DNA of 64,000 nt from Acidobacteriota bacterium (lineage in GTDB: Bacteria; Acidobacteriota; Terriglobia; Terriglobales; SCQP01), in NCBI GenBank assembly GCA_021826505.1, contig JAKAZV010000002.1, positions 231 to 64,230 on the forward strand, read 5' to 3'. Made by a program: the position numbers and the translations under genes. Under the pieces are notes generated by a model. The model saw only the letters and a program-made list of their open reading frames with translations, was not told where the DNA came from and ran no database searches. Shown here piece by piece: positions 17,796 through 28,104 of the stretch (the stretch's first letter is position 1; every line of letters begins with the position of its first letter).

Positions 17796-17816
17796 GCTGT
17801 CGCAAAACGCGACAGC
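17796..17816. promoter_or_regulatory. Perfect 8-bp-arm palindrome GCTGTCGC-aaaac-GCGACAGC in a divergent promoter region
   Basis: Read directly from the sequence. Lies 16 nt upstream of the ATG at 17832 and 56 nt upstream of the ADOP start. Confidence 0.25.
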
Positions 17817-17831
17817 TCACAAATCCGTTTT

Positions 17832-18401
17832 ATGATGGATTCGCAGAGTATGCCTTTGGGATTTAACACCGATGTGATGCTGGGCGAAGCGGTCTATCAT
17901 GTGCAGACCGAAGCCTGCTGGCGCGGCGAGCCGGCGATTGAAAGCAGCATATTTTTTCGCGGGCTGGTGCAACTGGCCCGGCGCGCGCCGCTGCCCCATG
18001 CGGCTTCGTCACCCGCCGCGGGCGCGCTGGTGCGGCAATCACATGCGCAGATCATAGAGCAACTGCGGAGCGGGCAACTGCGCGCCTCGGCCAAGGACTT
18101 CAAGCTGGATTGCGCGGTGCGCGAAGAAGCGCTGGCCGAAAATCGGCTGAAGATCGAAGCCCGAACGCACTGGGCCGGAATGCCGCTCAAGCTGGCCCGG
18201 GTGCTGCTGGCGGGCGGCGAAACCCATACGGATTGCCTGGCTGAACAGATTACAGAAGCGGATGGCGCGGCGACCCTGGAATGCTCCATCGAGGGAGTAA
18301 ACGCTACGGCGCGATATTTAGTTCGCGCGCAGTATGGACTGTGCCAGGCGAGCTGTGTGATTGAAGTGGATGGGACGACAACGCTCAAAACCCGCCGATA
18401 A
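17832..18401 (+). CDS. Hypothetical protein
   Basis: 189-aa ORF with coding-like composition and no family I can name. Confidence 0.5.
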   Translation: MMDSQSMPLGFNTDVMLGEAVYHVQTEACWRGEPAIESSIFFRGLVQLARRAPLPHAASSPAAGALVRQSHAQIIEQLRSGQLRASAKDFKLDCAVREEALAENRLKIEARTHWAGMPLKLARVLLAGGETHTDCLAEQITEADGAATLECSIEGVNATARYLVRAQYGLCQASCVIEVDGTTTLKTRR

Positions 18402-18413
18402 AGATAAAACCAT

Positions 18414-18433
18414 AGGGATAAGCTTCGCATAGC
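18414..18433 (+). repeat. Dispersed intergenic repeat copy D (core only)
   Basis: AGGGATAAGCTTCGCATAGC, identical to the core of copy B. Lies between the hypothetical gene and the BNR gene. Confidence 0.65.
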
Positions 18434-18554
18434 TTTGCCAGCAACTCGGCCGTTGCGTGATCGCGGAAATCCCGTTTTGGGAAATTGAAAACCCCGCAAA
18501 GAGGGGGAATGAATTTTTGCCGCCGCATGGCATGCTTCGTTCACGGAGCATCGC

Positions 18555-21500
18555 TTGCGGCTGCACAGGTCAGTTTTTCCCACCATTCTGCTGCTGGCGC
18601 TGGGTTGGCCAGGCATGAGCGCCGGCGCGGCCTGGGGGCAGACATTGCCGTATCAGAGCCAGAGCTGGACGCTCGAAGGCCCGACGCCGCTGTATGACAA
18701 TCTGAACGGCAATTTTGGCGCTGTCGGGGGTCCGGTATTAGCGTTTGCCATGGCTCCCAATTCATCCCAGACCGCGCTGGCGGCGGCCTGGGATGCGGGG
18801 ATATGGGAAACCCTGGACGCGGGAGCGGATTGGACGCCGATCACCGACGCAGCCGCGACGCAGGCCATCAGCGCGCTGGCGTTTGCGCCTTCGAATGCTT
18901 CGACGATCTACGCGGGCACCGGCGCGCCGGCGCTTTCGGCCAGCCAGCCGGGCATTGCCGGCGACGGCATTCTGGCCAGCCAGAACGGAGGCCAAAGCTG
19001 GACGCTGGAGGGACAGGCGGTACTGGCGGGTTTCATCATTACGCAAATCGCAGTGGACCCGGCGCAAGCGGATCATTTATTGGTTTCGGCCGTGCCGGTG
19101 CAGGGAACCAGCACGGGCGGCCTGTTTGAAAGCAGCGATGGCGGTCAAAGCTGGACGCAACTGGCGCAGGGAGCGGTCTGGAGCTTTGCCTGGCAGCCGG
19201 CAAGCCAGCAAATCGCGGCGGGCGTGGCCGGGGTGGTGAAATATTCGAGCCAGGGAGGGGCTTTCACGGCCGCGAGCGGCGGATTGCCCACGGGGTTCAG
19301 CCGAGCGGCATTTACCGCCGAGCCGGCCAATGGCAATGACATTTATGCCTTATTCGCCAATGCCCAGGGCGGCTGCGCGGGACTCTATTTCAGCGGCAAC
19401 GGCGGGGCAAGCTGGAGCGCGGTCACGCTGCCCGCGAATTTTATCAACAGCATTTTTGGAGCGAATAGCGGCGGACAGGGAACGGGCGAATATGCGATGA
19501 CGCTGGCCGCCGACCCGGGAAATTCCAGCGGCCTTTATGCCGGCGGCGTGGATTTATGGCACTCGGCGGATGGCGGCGCAAGCTGGACCGATCTTACCAA
19601 TTCGAGCCTGGGCACGGCCAGCACCATGCCGGCCCGGCAGCATGCCGTGGCGTTTGACGCGAACGGCAATCTCTGGCTGGGGAATGACGGCGGAGCGTGG
19701 CTGAGCCTGAATCAGGGCGGCAGTTTTATCAATCTCAATCCGACACTCTGGGCCGAGGGCATTGACGCCATCGCGGTGGAAGGCAATACGCTGGCGGCGG
19801 GGACGCTGGAGGAGGGATTTCTTGCCGGGTCTCCGCAGACGCAATGGAACGTGGTGGCGGCCGCGCCGGCGGGCAACATTTTGAATGACGCCAGCCAGCA
19901 GACGCTGTGGGCGATGGGCGCGAATGCCGCCAGCCTGGAAGTGGCGGTCAACGGCAGCCTGAGCTTTTCACCGCTCTATGCAACCACGCCCAACCCGGGC
20001 CAGGATGCGGCGACGGCGGCATTCCTGCCTCCGCTGCTGGGTGATTCAGCAAGCCCGGGAACCTTATTTACAGGCACGGATGAGATTTGGGAAAGCACCA
20101 ATTCCGGCCAGAGCTGGAGCGTATTGGCCAACCCCACGCAAAACACCACGATTACCGCAATGGCCTGGAATGGAGCGCAGATGCTGCTGGGGTCGGCGAC
20201 GGGGGAAGTGATGACATCGAGCGACCAGGGCGCGAGCTGGTCGAGCCTGGGAGCCGGACTGACGGGAGATGAGATTACCGGAATCGCCGCCGGAACGGGA
20301 AGCAACGTTTTTGCTGCCTGCGAACAGGTCAACGGAAACGCAAACTCTCCATGTCTATATAGCTGGAATGGAAGCAGTTGGTCGCAAACAACCGGTGCGT
20401 TGCCGGGCGGCGCGATTTATGCCATCGCCGCCGACCCACTGGATGCCAATGTCATCTACGCCGCAACCACAGCGGGGGTGTATGGCACTCCCGATGGAGG
20501 CGCGACCTGGGTTGAACTGGGAACGGGACTGCCGAAGAGTCAGATACGGGCGCTGCGGTTACGGCCCGCGCGAAGGCTCCTGCTGGCAGGAACGGCCGGG
20601 CGCGGATTATGGAGCTGGCCGCTGGAGACAGAGGCGCGCAACGCGCAAGCGGTCAGCGGAGGCGGGCAGAGCGGCACGGTGGGCATGCCGCTCGGATCCC
20701 CACTGGCGGCACAGATTGTAAACACCTTCGGATACCCGGTCGCGGGGGCAACCGTCACGTGGTCCGACAATGGAGCGGGAGGAAAATTTGCCGTGGGGCA
20801 GACGGTGACCGATGCCGGCGGGCAGACCAGCAACACATATACGCTGCCCAACACGGCCGGCGCCTTGACGCTCACCGCCAGCGTGCCCAGCGGGACGGTA
20901 TTTTCCAGCGCCAGCTTCAGCGCCACCGCGCAGGCGGCGGCGGCAGCGCAGATGCTGGCCTATGCGGGGAATCAGCAGAGCGGCACCGTGCACCAGCCGC
21001 TGCCGCAGCCGCTGGTGGCGATGGTCGAGGACAGCCAGGGCAATCCGGTCGGCGGATATACCGTAAATTTCAGCGACGGCGGAGCGGGCGGGGGATTTTC
21101 CACGGCTGCGGCGACGACGTACCCGAACGGACAGGCCTCGGTGGTTTATACACTGCCGGCGACGCCGGGGACGGTCACCGTAACCGCAACGTCCGCGAGC
21201 GGCGAGACGCAGCTGCCGGCGGTGACCTGGAGCGAGACGGCGAATGCCGCGCCGGGATTCGCGCTCAGCCTGTCTCCGGCGACGCAAAACGTGAACTGGA
21301 ATTCGACCGCGACGTATACGCTCACAACGCAGGCCATCGGCGGAGAAAGCCAGCCCATACAACTGATCTGCACGCAGCCGGTCACCGGATGCACGGTGAC
21401 GCAAGGCACGCTTACGCCGGGACAAACGACGACGGTGAGCGTGGCCACCGGATCGCTCGCGACGGGCAGCAATGTGATCGGAATTACCGGCACGATCGGA

Positions 21501-22088
21501 TCACTGCAACAGACCGCCAGCGCGGCGCTGGTGGTGACAGCACCGGCGGTCGTGATGGCGGCGACACCGACCTCGGCCACGCTTGCCGCCGGAGGGGCCC
21601 AGACATTTACCGTCAGCCTGACGCCAAGCAACGGGTTTACCGGCACGGTCACGCTGAGCTGCGCCTATGGGAATAATTCGATGCCCTACGGCATGAGCTG
21701 CACGCCGGCGCCGATTCCGGTGAATATCACGGGCACGAGCGCAGGCGCGGCCAGCGTCTCGTTAACCACGCTGGCCGCGAGCAGCGGCGCATTGCCGCAG
21801 ATTCCCTGCGGAAATTTTCCGATGTGGGGAGGGTTGATCTTGGGAATTATTCTGCTGGCGCGGCGGAGGAAGCGGGGGCGCCGGCTTGCCTGGGGCGTGC
21901 TCCTGCCCTGGCTGGTGATTTTAGCCGGCTGCGGCGGAGCATATTATGCGCCCGCGCCATTCACCATACCGGGAACGCCAGCGGGCACCTATGCCTTGAC
22001 GCTGAGCGCGACCGCCTCCGACACTGCCGGGGCCAATCCCGTGGCGGTGACGGTGGCGCCGGTGACGCTGACGGTCACCGTCAATTAA
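18555..22088 (+). CDS. Secreted BNR/Asp-box beta-propeller protein with Ig-like (Big_1-type) domains and C-terminal hydrophobic segments
   Basis: 1177-aa ORF with an N-terminal signal-like peptide. About nine Asp-box motifs (SSDGGQSWT, SADGGASWT, STNSGQSWS, SSDQGASWS, TPDGGATWV and others). Two clear Ig-like repeats (QSGTV...P...V.D..GNPV.G..V.F). TM and Arg-rich segment near the C-terminus. Confidence 0.8.
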   Translation: MRLHRSVFPTILLLALGWPGMSAGAAWGQTLPYQSQSWTLEGPTPLYDNLNGNFGAVGGPVLAFAMAPNSSQTALAAAWDAGIWETLDAGADWTPITDAAATQAISALAFAPSNASTIYAGTGAPALSASQPGIAGDGILASQNGGQSWTLEGQAVLAGFIITQIAVDPAQADHLLVSAVPVQGTSTGGLFESSDGGQSWTQLAQGAVWSFAWQPASQQIAAGVAGVVKYSSQGGAFTAASGGLPTGFSRAAFTAEPANGNDIYALFANAQGGCAGLYFSGNGGASWSAVTLPANFINSIFGANSGGQGTGEYAMTLAADPGNSSGLYAGGVDLWHSADGGASWTDLTNSSLGTASTMPARQHAVAFDANGNLWLGNDGGAWLSLNQGGSFINLNPTLWAEGIDAIAVEGNTLAAGTLEEGFLAGSPQTQWNVVAAAPAGNILNDASQQTLWAMGANAASLEVAVNGSLSFSPLYATTPNPGQDAATAAFLPPLLGDSASPGTLFTGTDEIWESTNSGQSWSVLANPTQNTTITAMAWNGAQMLLGSATGEVMTSSDQGASWSSLGAGLTGDEITGIAAGTGSNVFAACEQVNGNANSPCLYSWNGSSWSQTTGALPGGAIYAIAADPLDANVIYAATTAGVYGTPDGGATWVELGTGLPKSQIRALRLRPARRLLLAGTAGRGLWSWPLETEARNAQAVSGGGQSGTVGMPLGSPLAAQIVNTFGYPVAGATVTWSDNGAGGKFAVGQTVTDAGGQTSNTYTLPNTAGALTLTASVPSGTVFSSASFSATAQAAAAAQMLAYAGNQQSGTVHQPLPQPLVAMVEDSQGNPVGGYTVNFSDGGAGGGFSTAAATTYPNGQASVVYTLPATPGTVTVTATSASGETQLPAVTWSETANAAPGFALSLSPATQNVNWNSTATYTLTTQAIGGESQPIQLICTQPVTGCTVTQGTLTPGQTTTVSVATGSLATGSNVIGITGTIGSLQQTASAALVVTAPAVVMAATPTSATLAAGGAQTFTVSLTPSNGFTGTVTLSCAYGNNSMPYGMSCTPAPIPVNITGTSAGAASVSLTTLAASSGALPQIPCGNFPMWGGLILGIILLARRRKRGRRLAWGVLLPWLVILAGCGGAYYAPAPFTIPGTPAGTYALTLSATASDTAGANPVAVTVAPVTLTVTVN

Positions 22089-22106
22089 AGCCGCACCCAA
22101 AATTCA

Positions 22107-23459
22107 TCAATCGTAATAATCCAGGCCCAGGTGCGTGATCAGCTCTTCACCCTTGATATAGCGCATGGTGTTTTTGAGCTTTTTGAGCTGAATGAATAAA
22201 TCGTGCTCGGGATAAAGACCGGGCGGGGTCATGGGGCTTTTGAAATAAAACGACAGCCATTCCTGAATGCCCAACCCGCGCAGAGCGCTGGAACGCCGGG
22301 CCAGATCGAGCAACAGAACCAGATCGAGGGCGATGGGAGCGGCGAGAATGCTATCGCGGCAGAGAAAATCTATTTTGATCTGCATGGGATAGCCGAGCCA
22401 GCCGAAGATGTCAATGTTGTCCCAGCCTTCCTTGTTGTCGCCGCGGGGCGGATAGTAGTTGATCCGCACCTTGTGATAAAAATCCTTATAAAGTTTGGGA
22501 TAGAGTTCGGGCTGCAGAATATGCTCGAGCACCGAGAGTTTGGATTCTTCCTTGGTTTTAAACGAGCCGGGATCGTCGAGCACCTCGCCGTCACGATTGC
22601 CGAGGATATTGGTGGAAAACCAGCCGGAAAGCCCCAGCATGCGGGCCTTGATGCCGGGCGCGAGAATGGTTTTCATCAGGGTCTGCCCGGTCTTGAAGTC
22701 CTTGCCGCAGATGGGGGCCTGGTTGCGCCGCGACAGCTCCAGCAGGGCCGGAATGTCGCAGGTCAGATTGGGCGCGCCATTGCCGAAGGGCACGCCTTCG
22801 CTGAGCGCGGCATAGGCATAGATCATGCTGGGCGAGATGGCGGGATCGCTTTTCTGCAATCCCTTTTCGAAGCTGGCCAGGCTTTGATGCACCGCGCCGG
22901 GCCGGAGGAAAACCTCGGTCGAGCCGCACCAGAGCACCACCACGCGGCTGGCGCCGCTCGATTTACGAAACTTGCGGATATCTTCGCGCACCTGTTCGGC
23001 CAGATCGCGCTTATTTTTGCCGCGCTTGACGTTGGGACCGCTGATGCGGCGCACATAATTCTGGTCAAAGACGGCGGGCAGAGGATGGATCTTGCGCAGA
23101 TAGGGACGGACTTTTTCCAGCAACTGAGGCTCGATCACCTCGGCGGTGCGGGCCGCCTCATAGCAATCCGCCTCATAGATATCCCAACCCCCAAAGACCA
23201 GATCTTTCAAGCCGGCCAAGGGTAAAAACTCCCGAATCAGCGGCGAGCGCCGGTCGGTGCGCCGGCCCAGCCGGATGGTACCCATTTGAGTCAGCGAGCC
23301 CACGGGTTCGGCCAAGCCCCGGCGCACGGCTTCGACACCGGCAATCAGGGTGGTCGAGACCGCGCCGAGGCCGGGCAGCAAGATGCCTAATTTGCCGCGG
23401 GCAGGCTCAATCGTGGGAGGGACGGAGGCGGAAGACGCGGAGGATCGGGTAGATGCCAA
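22107..23459 (-). CDS. Inositol-3-phosphate synthase (myo-inositol-1-phosphate synthase)
   Basis: 450-aa ORF with the bacterial/archaeal MIPS pattern (GILLPGLGAVSTT..., GWFSTNILGNRDG, SKLSVLE). Confidence 0.85.
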   Translation of the reverse strand: MASTRSSASSASVPPTIEPARGKLGILLPGLGAVSTTLIAGVEAVRRGLAEPVGSLTQMGTIRLGRRTDRRSPLIREFLPLAGLKDLVFGGWDIYEADCYEAARTAEVIEPQLLEKVRPYLRKIHPLPAVFDQNYVRRISGPNVKRGKNKRDLAEQVREDIRKFRKSSGASRVVVLWCGSTEVFLRPGAVHQSLASFEKGLQKSDPAISPSMIYAYAALSEGVPFGNGAPNLTCDIPALLELSRRNQAPICGKDFKTGQTLMKTILAPGIKARMLGLSGWFSTNILGNRDGEVLDDPGSFKTKEESKLSVLEHILQPELYPKLYKDFYHKVRINYYPPRGDNKEGWDNIDIFGWLGYPMQIKIDFLCRDSILAAPIALDLVLLLDLARRSSALRGLGIQEWLSFYFKSPMTPPGLYPEHDLFIQLKKLKNTMRYIKGEELITHLGLDYYD

Positions 23460-23585
23460 AGTGATTTCCTTTGAATAGGCTTGCCTGAAATGAAACAGCC
23501 GTAAAGTTCTATATTCACGGAAAGCAGCCGGTTACGCAAGGAGACGCGGCGGAATCACTTTTTTTTGCGTCGCCATCGCGGCGTT

Positions 23586-24452
23586 TCATTGGCCGGCGGA
23601 AAGGCGCTGGGCCAACTGCGCGGGCAAACCGGCAGAGAGGATTTTGCGCTGGGTGAGGGGAAGATTGTAGGGCACGCGGCCGAGGCGCAGACGCTCGCCG
23701 GCCCAGAGCGCAAATGCCGCCCGCCAATCACCGTCGCGCGGCTGGCCGACGGAGCCGGGGTTGAGCAGATAGCGCACGTCGGGCCGTAGCTGAATATCCA
23801 CGTACTGGACCAGGGTGCGGGCGTCATGCTCGCTGCTCAACTCGCCTTCCAGGGCAACAACCTCGCTTGCCGCCTGCTGATAGCCGCCCTGCACGTGGGT
23901 GTGGCCGAAGAAGGTCAGGGTGGAAGAAGCAAGCGGCAGGCAATCGGCCGCCTGCTCGAGGCTGAGCATGTATTCATCCTCATCGCGGACCGAGCCATGC
24001 ACCAGCTCACAGCTTTGATAGTCCACCGGCCCCGGGGTCAAGCCGGCGATCCATTCCAGCATGCCGGGAGGAAGCTGCTCGCGCGTCCATTCAACCGCGC
24101 GCCGGGCCAGCCAGTTGAAATCCTGCAGGCCTTCGGGGTGGGCGGCCACGCGATCGTGATTGCCGCGCACGATGATTTCGCAGTGATCGCGCACCCACAG
24201 GCTGCATTCGACCGGATTGGCGCCGTAGCCCACGACGTCGCCCAGACAGATGCAATGCCGCCACTGGCCTTCGGTGGCATCGAGCACCGCGACCAGAGCT
24301 TCCCAATTGGCATGGATGTCGCTGATGATGAGCACCGGCTCGGCGCGGCTGAACTCCCAATGGGGAGGGTGCGCGGGGCGGGGCGAAACCGGATTTTCCG
24401 GGACGGGATCGGGCGTCATTGAACGAGCAACGGCAGAGCCGCCGCGAATCAT
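23586..24452 (-). CDS. Metallophosphoesterase family protein
   Basis: Calcineurin-like motifs DIHAN, GDVVGYG, GNHD and GHTH. Start chosen at the MIRGG... methionine 4 nt after the pgl stop. The ATG at 24419 is an alternative. Confidence 0.7.
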   Translation of the reverse strand: MIRGGSAVARSMTPDPVPENPVSPRPAHPPHWEFSRAEPVLIISDIHANWEALVAVLDATEGQWRHCICLGDVVGYGANPVECSLWVRDHCEIIVRGNHDRVAAHPEGLQDFNWLARRAVEWTREQLPPGMLEWIAGLTPGPVDYQSCELVHGSVRDEDEYMLSLEQAADCLPLASSTLTFFGHTHVQGGYQQAASEVVALEGELSSEHDARTLVQYVDIQLRPDVRYLLNPGSVGQPRDGDWRAAFALWAGERLRLGRVPYNLPLTQRKILSAGLPAQLAQRLSAGQ

Positions 24453-24456
24453 ATTA

Positions 24457-25212
24457 TTATCCGTTTTCCGCCGCGGCCGCATCGAGAAAACAGGTAACGG
24501 CGGTACGGGCCGGATCCACCACCAGAGCCGGAAGCTCACGCGGGGAGTGACGCCGCGCCCGCAGTCTTGCGACGGCATCACGTTTTTCGCCGCCCAGAAC
24601 CAGAAACCAAACCTCGCGGGCGGCATTGAGGAGGCTCGGGGTAAAGCTCAGGCGGTCATGCGGATGATCGGCGGCGCCGCTGACGGCACGCACCCAGGCA
24701 TCATCTTCGGCATAAATATCGGTGCCGGGAAACAGCGATGCCGTATGGCCGTCGGGGCCGAGGCCAAGCAGGATGAGATCAAAGCGCGGCACCGGCGCGC
24801 CGGAGAGGCTCCGGCGAATGGTTTGGGCATACGCGCGGGCACAATCAACGGGCGGTCCCGCGACCGGAGCGGGAAAAATGCTGGCGGACGAGAACACCGG
24901 GCTGGAAAACAGGACTTCGCGGGCCATGCCGTAATTGCTGTCGGGATCGGCGTACGGCACGAGCCGCTCGTCGCTCCAGAAATACAAGGTGTTTTCACCG
25001 AACGCCGCGCGAATATCGGGCGGAGCGGCCTCCAGCTCGCGGCGCCAGCCTTGATAATACCGGCGGGCTGAAGAACCCGCGGTGAGGGCCAGCGAGAGCG
25101 GGCCGTGACCGGAATTTTGCCGGGCCCATTGCGCCAGCGATTGCCAGAACAACTGCCGGGCATGCTCGGGACTGGAGCCGCAAACCCATTGGATGGAAGG
25201 AGTGGAGGGCAT
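24457..25212 (-). CDS. pgl: 6-phosphogluconolactonase
   Basis: 251-aa ORF with LALTAGSS, WSDERLVP and LLGLGPDGHTASLFPG motifs. Confidence 0.85.
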   Translation of the reverse strand: MPSTPSIQWVCGSSPEHARQLFWQSLAQWARQNSGHGPLSLALTAGSSARRYYQGWRRELEAAPPDIRAAFGENTLYFWSDERLVPYADPDSNYGMAREVLFSSPVFSSASIFPAPVAGPPVDCARAYAQTIRRSLSGAPVPRFDLILLGLGPDGHTASLFPGTDIYAEDDAWVRAVSGAADHPHDRLSFTPSLLNAAREVWFLVLGGEKRDAVARLRARRHSPRELPALVVDPARTAVTCFLDAAAAENG

Positions 25213-25219
25213 AGAACCT

Positions 25220-25900
25220 TCAACTTCGCGGCGCGTCCGGCAACGGCGCCAGACGGAGCTGGTTGAGATCGTTTTCCAGGCGCTGGCGCAGAATTTCGAT
25301 TTCCGGCTTGCCGGCTTCGGCGGGCACCCGGTAGGGGCCTTTCCAGACCGCGGTGATGGCGCTGCCGGGGTGGGGAAGCTGAAAATGATCCCAACTGTTC
25401 AAAGTCCAGGCACGGGGCATACGAACGTGAATGGCGTAAACCGGCGCCTGGGTTGCGTGGGACAGATACAAGGCTCCGGGCTTGGCGACGCAGCACGGGC
25501 CCCGCGGGCCATCGAGGGTGATGGCCATGGAAGATCCGGCCAGGACGGCGGCGGTCATTTCCTGCATGGCGCCGGCGCCGCCGCGGGTGCTGGAGCCGCG
25601 AATGGGACGGTAGCCCATGCGGGAGACGGCGCGCGCGATGGCCTCGCCGTCGGCATGCTGGCTGATCAGCGTGCCGATGCCGCGGCCGCGGCAGTACCAG
25701 GTCATGGGCAACAGGCACTGATGCCAGCAGACGTAAATGGCGGGACCCAGTTCCGGATGGACAAAGGGCGGCGGCAGACCGTCGGGCAATTTGACCCGCA
25801 GAGTGGCGCCCCAGGCGACGATGGCGGGCGGCCCCAGATACCCGGCCAGGTTCAGCAACAGGCGCCGCGAAGGGGTTAGATCTGGCTGGAATGAAGTCAT
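25220..25900 (-). CDS. DUF374 / lysophospholipid acyltransferase-like protein
   Basis: 226-aa ORF (...ISQHADGEAIARAVSRMGYRPIRGSSTRGG...ITLDGPRGP...), typical of DUF374. Confidence 0.6.
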   Translation of the reverse strand: MTSFQPDLTPSRRLLLNLAGYLGPPAIVAWGATLRVKLPDGLPPPFVHPELGPAIYVCWHQCLLPMTWYCRGRGIGTLISQHADGEAIARAVSRMGYRPIRGSSTRGGAGAMQEMTAAVLAGSSMAITLDGPRGPCCVAKPGALYLSHATQAPVYAIHVRMPRAWTLNSWDHFQLPHPGSAITAVWKGPYRVPAEAGKPEIEILRQRLENDLNQLRLAPLPDAPRS

Positions 25901-25926
25901 GGATAAGCTAAAATCAATGATCCCGC

Positions 25927-27417
25927 ATGTTTGCCGATTCCAGTCTGGAAGATTTTCGCCGTCTGGCCCGCGAGGCGCCGCTGACGCCGGTGCTGCGCAC
26001 CATTCTGGCCGATCTGGAAACTCCCGTCACGGCCTATTTGAAGCTGACGCAGGATCAAGGCAGCGCCTACTCCTGCCTGCTGGAAAGCGTTGAGGGAGGG
26101 GAAAGCATTGGCCGCTATTCCTATATCGCGGCCGATCCCTTTCTGATTGTGCGCCAACGCCAGGGCCGGGTGGAACAAGCCCGCGGCGACCGCGGCGGAA
26201 GCCTGGACTGGAAGCCGGTCGCGGGCAGTCTGTTTGATCATCTGCGGAAACTGGTTCAGGCCCACCGCCTGCCCGAAGTCCCGGGCGCGCCGCCGTTTCT
26301 GGCCGGCGCGGTGGGCTATATGGGCTATGACATGGTACGGCAGTGGGAGCCGTTACCGGAGCATAGCAAGGACGATCTCGGCCTGGATGACGCGCGATTC
26401 ATGTTTTTTTCGCGGCAGATCATTTTTGATCATGCGCGCCGGCAGATTCACCTGATTGCCTGCGCCGATGCCAGCCAACCCGCGCGCACGGCCTGGACCT
26501 CGGCGCGGCGGCAACTGGACCGGCTGCAAGCCTGCCTGCGCAAGCCGCTGCCGGCGCTGCCGCGGAGAAGCGCAAGCGGCCGGGCGCGGGTGGTTGTGAA
26601 CCAGACGCCGGCGGAATATCAGGCCCGGGTGCGGAGGATTCAGGAATATATACGGGCGGGCGACGCGTTTCAGGTGGTGCTGTCGCAGCGCCAGGATGTG
26701 CGCACCCGGCTGCCCGCCATCCAGATTTACCGCGCCCTGCGCAGCATTAATCCCTCGCCGTATATGTTCCTGCTGCGCATGGGCGAGATGCAGGCCGTCG
26801 GAGCCTCGCCGGAAATGCTGGTGAACCTGCGGGGAGACGCCATTACGTACCGACCGATCGCCGGCTCGGCGCCACGGGGCGCCACGCCCGCCGAGGATGA
26901 ACGGCTGGCCCGCGCCATGCTGGAAGACCCCAAAGAGCGGGCCGAACATATCATGCTGGTGGATTTAGGCAGGAATGATGTGGGACGGGTGGCGCGCTAC
27001 GGCTCGGTGAAGGTGTCGCATCTGCTGGAGGTGGACAAATACTCGCATATACAGCATCTGGTGAGCACGGTCGAGGGCCGGCTGCGGCCGGGACGCGATG
27101 TATTCGATCTGCTGGCCAGCTGTTTTCCCGCCGGCACGCTCTCGGGCGCGCCCAAGGTGCGGGCCATGCAGATTATTGACGAACTCGAACCGACGCGGCG
27201 CGGGCTGTATGCCGGCTCGGTGATGTATCTGGACTTCTCAGGTAACCTGAATTCATGCATCGCGATCCGCACGGCGGTGCTGCAAAACGGCTGGGCCCAT
27301 CTGCAGGCGGGCGCCGGGATTGTGGCCGATTCGCGTCCGGCGCGCGAGCATCAGGAATGCCTGAACAAGATGCAGGCGGTGGTGAGGGCCCTGGAACTCG
27401 CCGGGCAGGGGCTTTGA
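25927..27417 (+). CDS. trpE: Anthranilate synthase component I
   Basis: 496-aa chorismate-binding enzyme (LLESVEGGE..., ...PSPYMF..., GAGIVADS...) followed immediately by a glutamine amidotransferase gene. Confidence 0.88.
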   Translation: MFADSSLEDFRRLAREAPLTPVLRTILADLETPVTAYLKLTQDQGSAYSCLLESVEGGESIGRYSYIAADPFLIVRQRQGRVEQARGDRGGSLDWKPVAGSLFDHLRKLVQAHRLPEVPGAPPFLAGAVGYMGYDMVRQWEPLPEHSKDDLGLDDARFMFFSRQIIFDHARRQIHLIACADASQPARTAWTSARRQLDRLQACLRKPLPALPRRSASGRARVVVNQTPAEYQARVRRIQEYIRAGDAFQVVLSQRQDVRTRLPAIQIYRALRSINPSPYMFLLRMGEMQAVGASPEMLVNLRGDAITYRPIAGSAPRGATPAEDERLARAMLEDPKERAEHIMLVDLGRNDVGRVARYGSVKVSHLLEVDKYSHIQHLVSTVEGRLRPGRDVFDLLASCFPAGTLSGAPKVRAMQIIDELEPTRRGLYAGSVMYLDFSGNLNSCIAIRTAVLQNGWAHLQAGAGIVADSRPAREHQECLNKMQAVVRALELAGQGL

Positions 27418-27420
27418 AGC

Positions 27421-28100
<680 letters not shown>

Positions 28101-28104
<4 letters not shown>

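Noticed and set aside
25901-25926. GGATAAGCT, a 9-nt match to the dispersed-repeat core, between the DUF374 gene and trpE.
   Set aside because: Only 9 of 20 core positions match and none of the flanking modules is present. This is compatible with chance.
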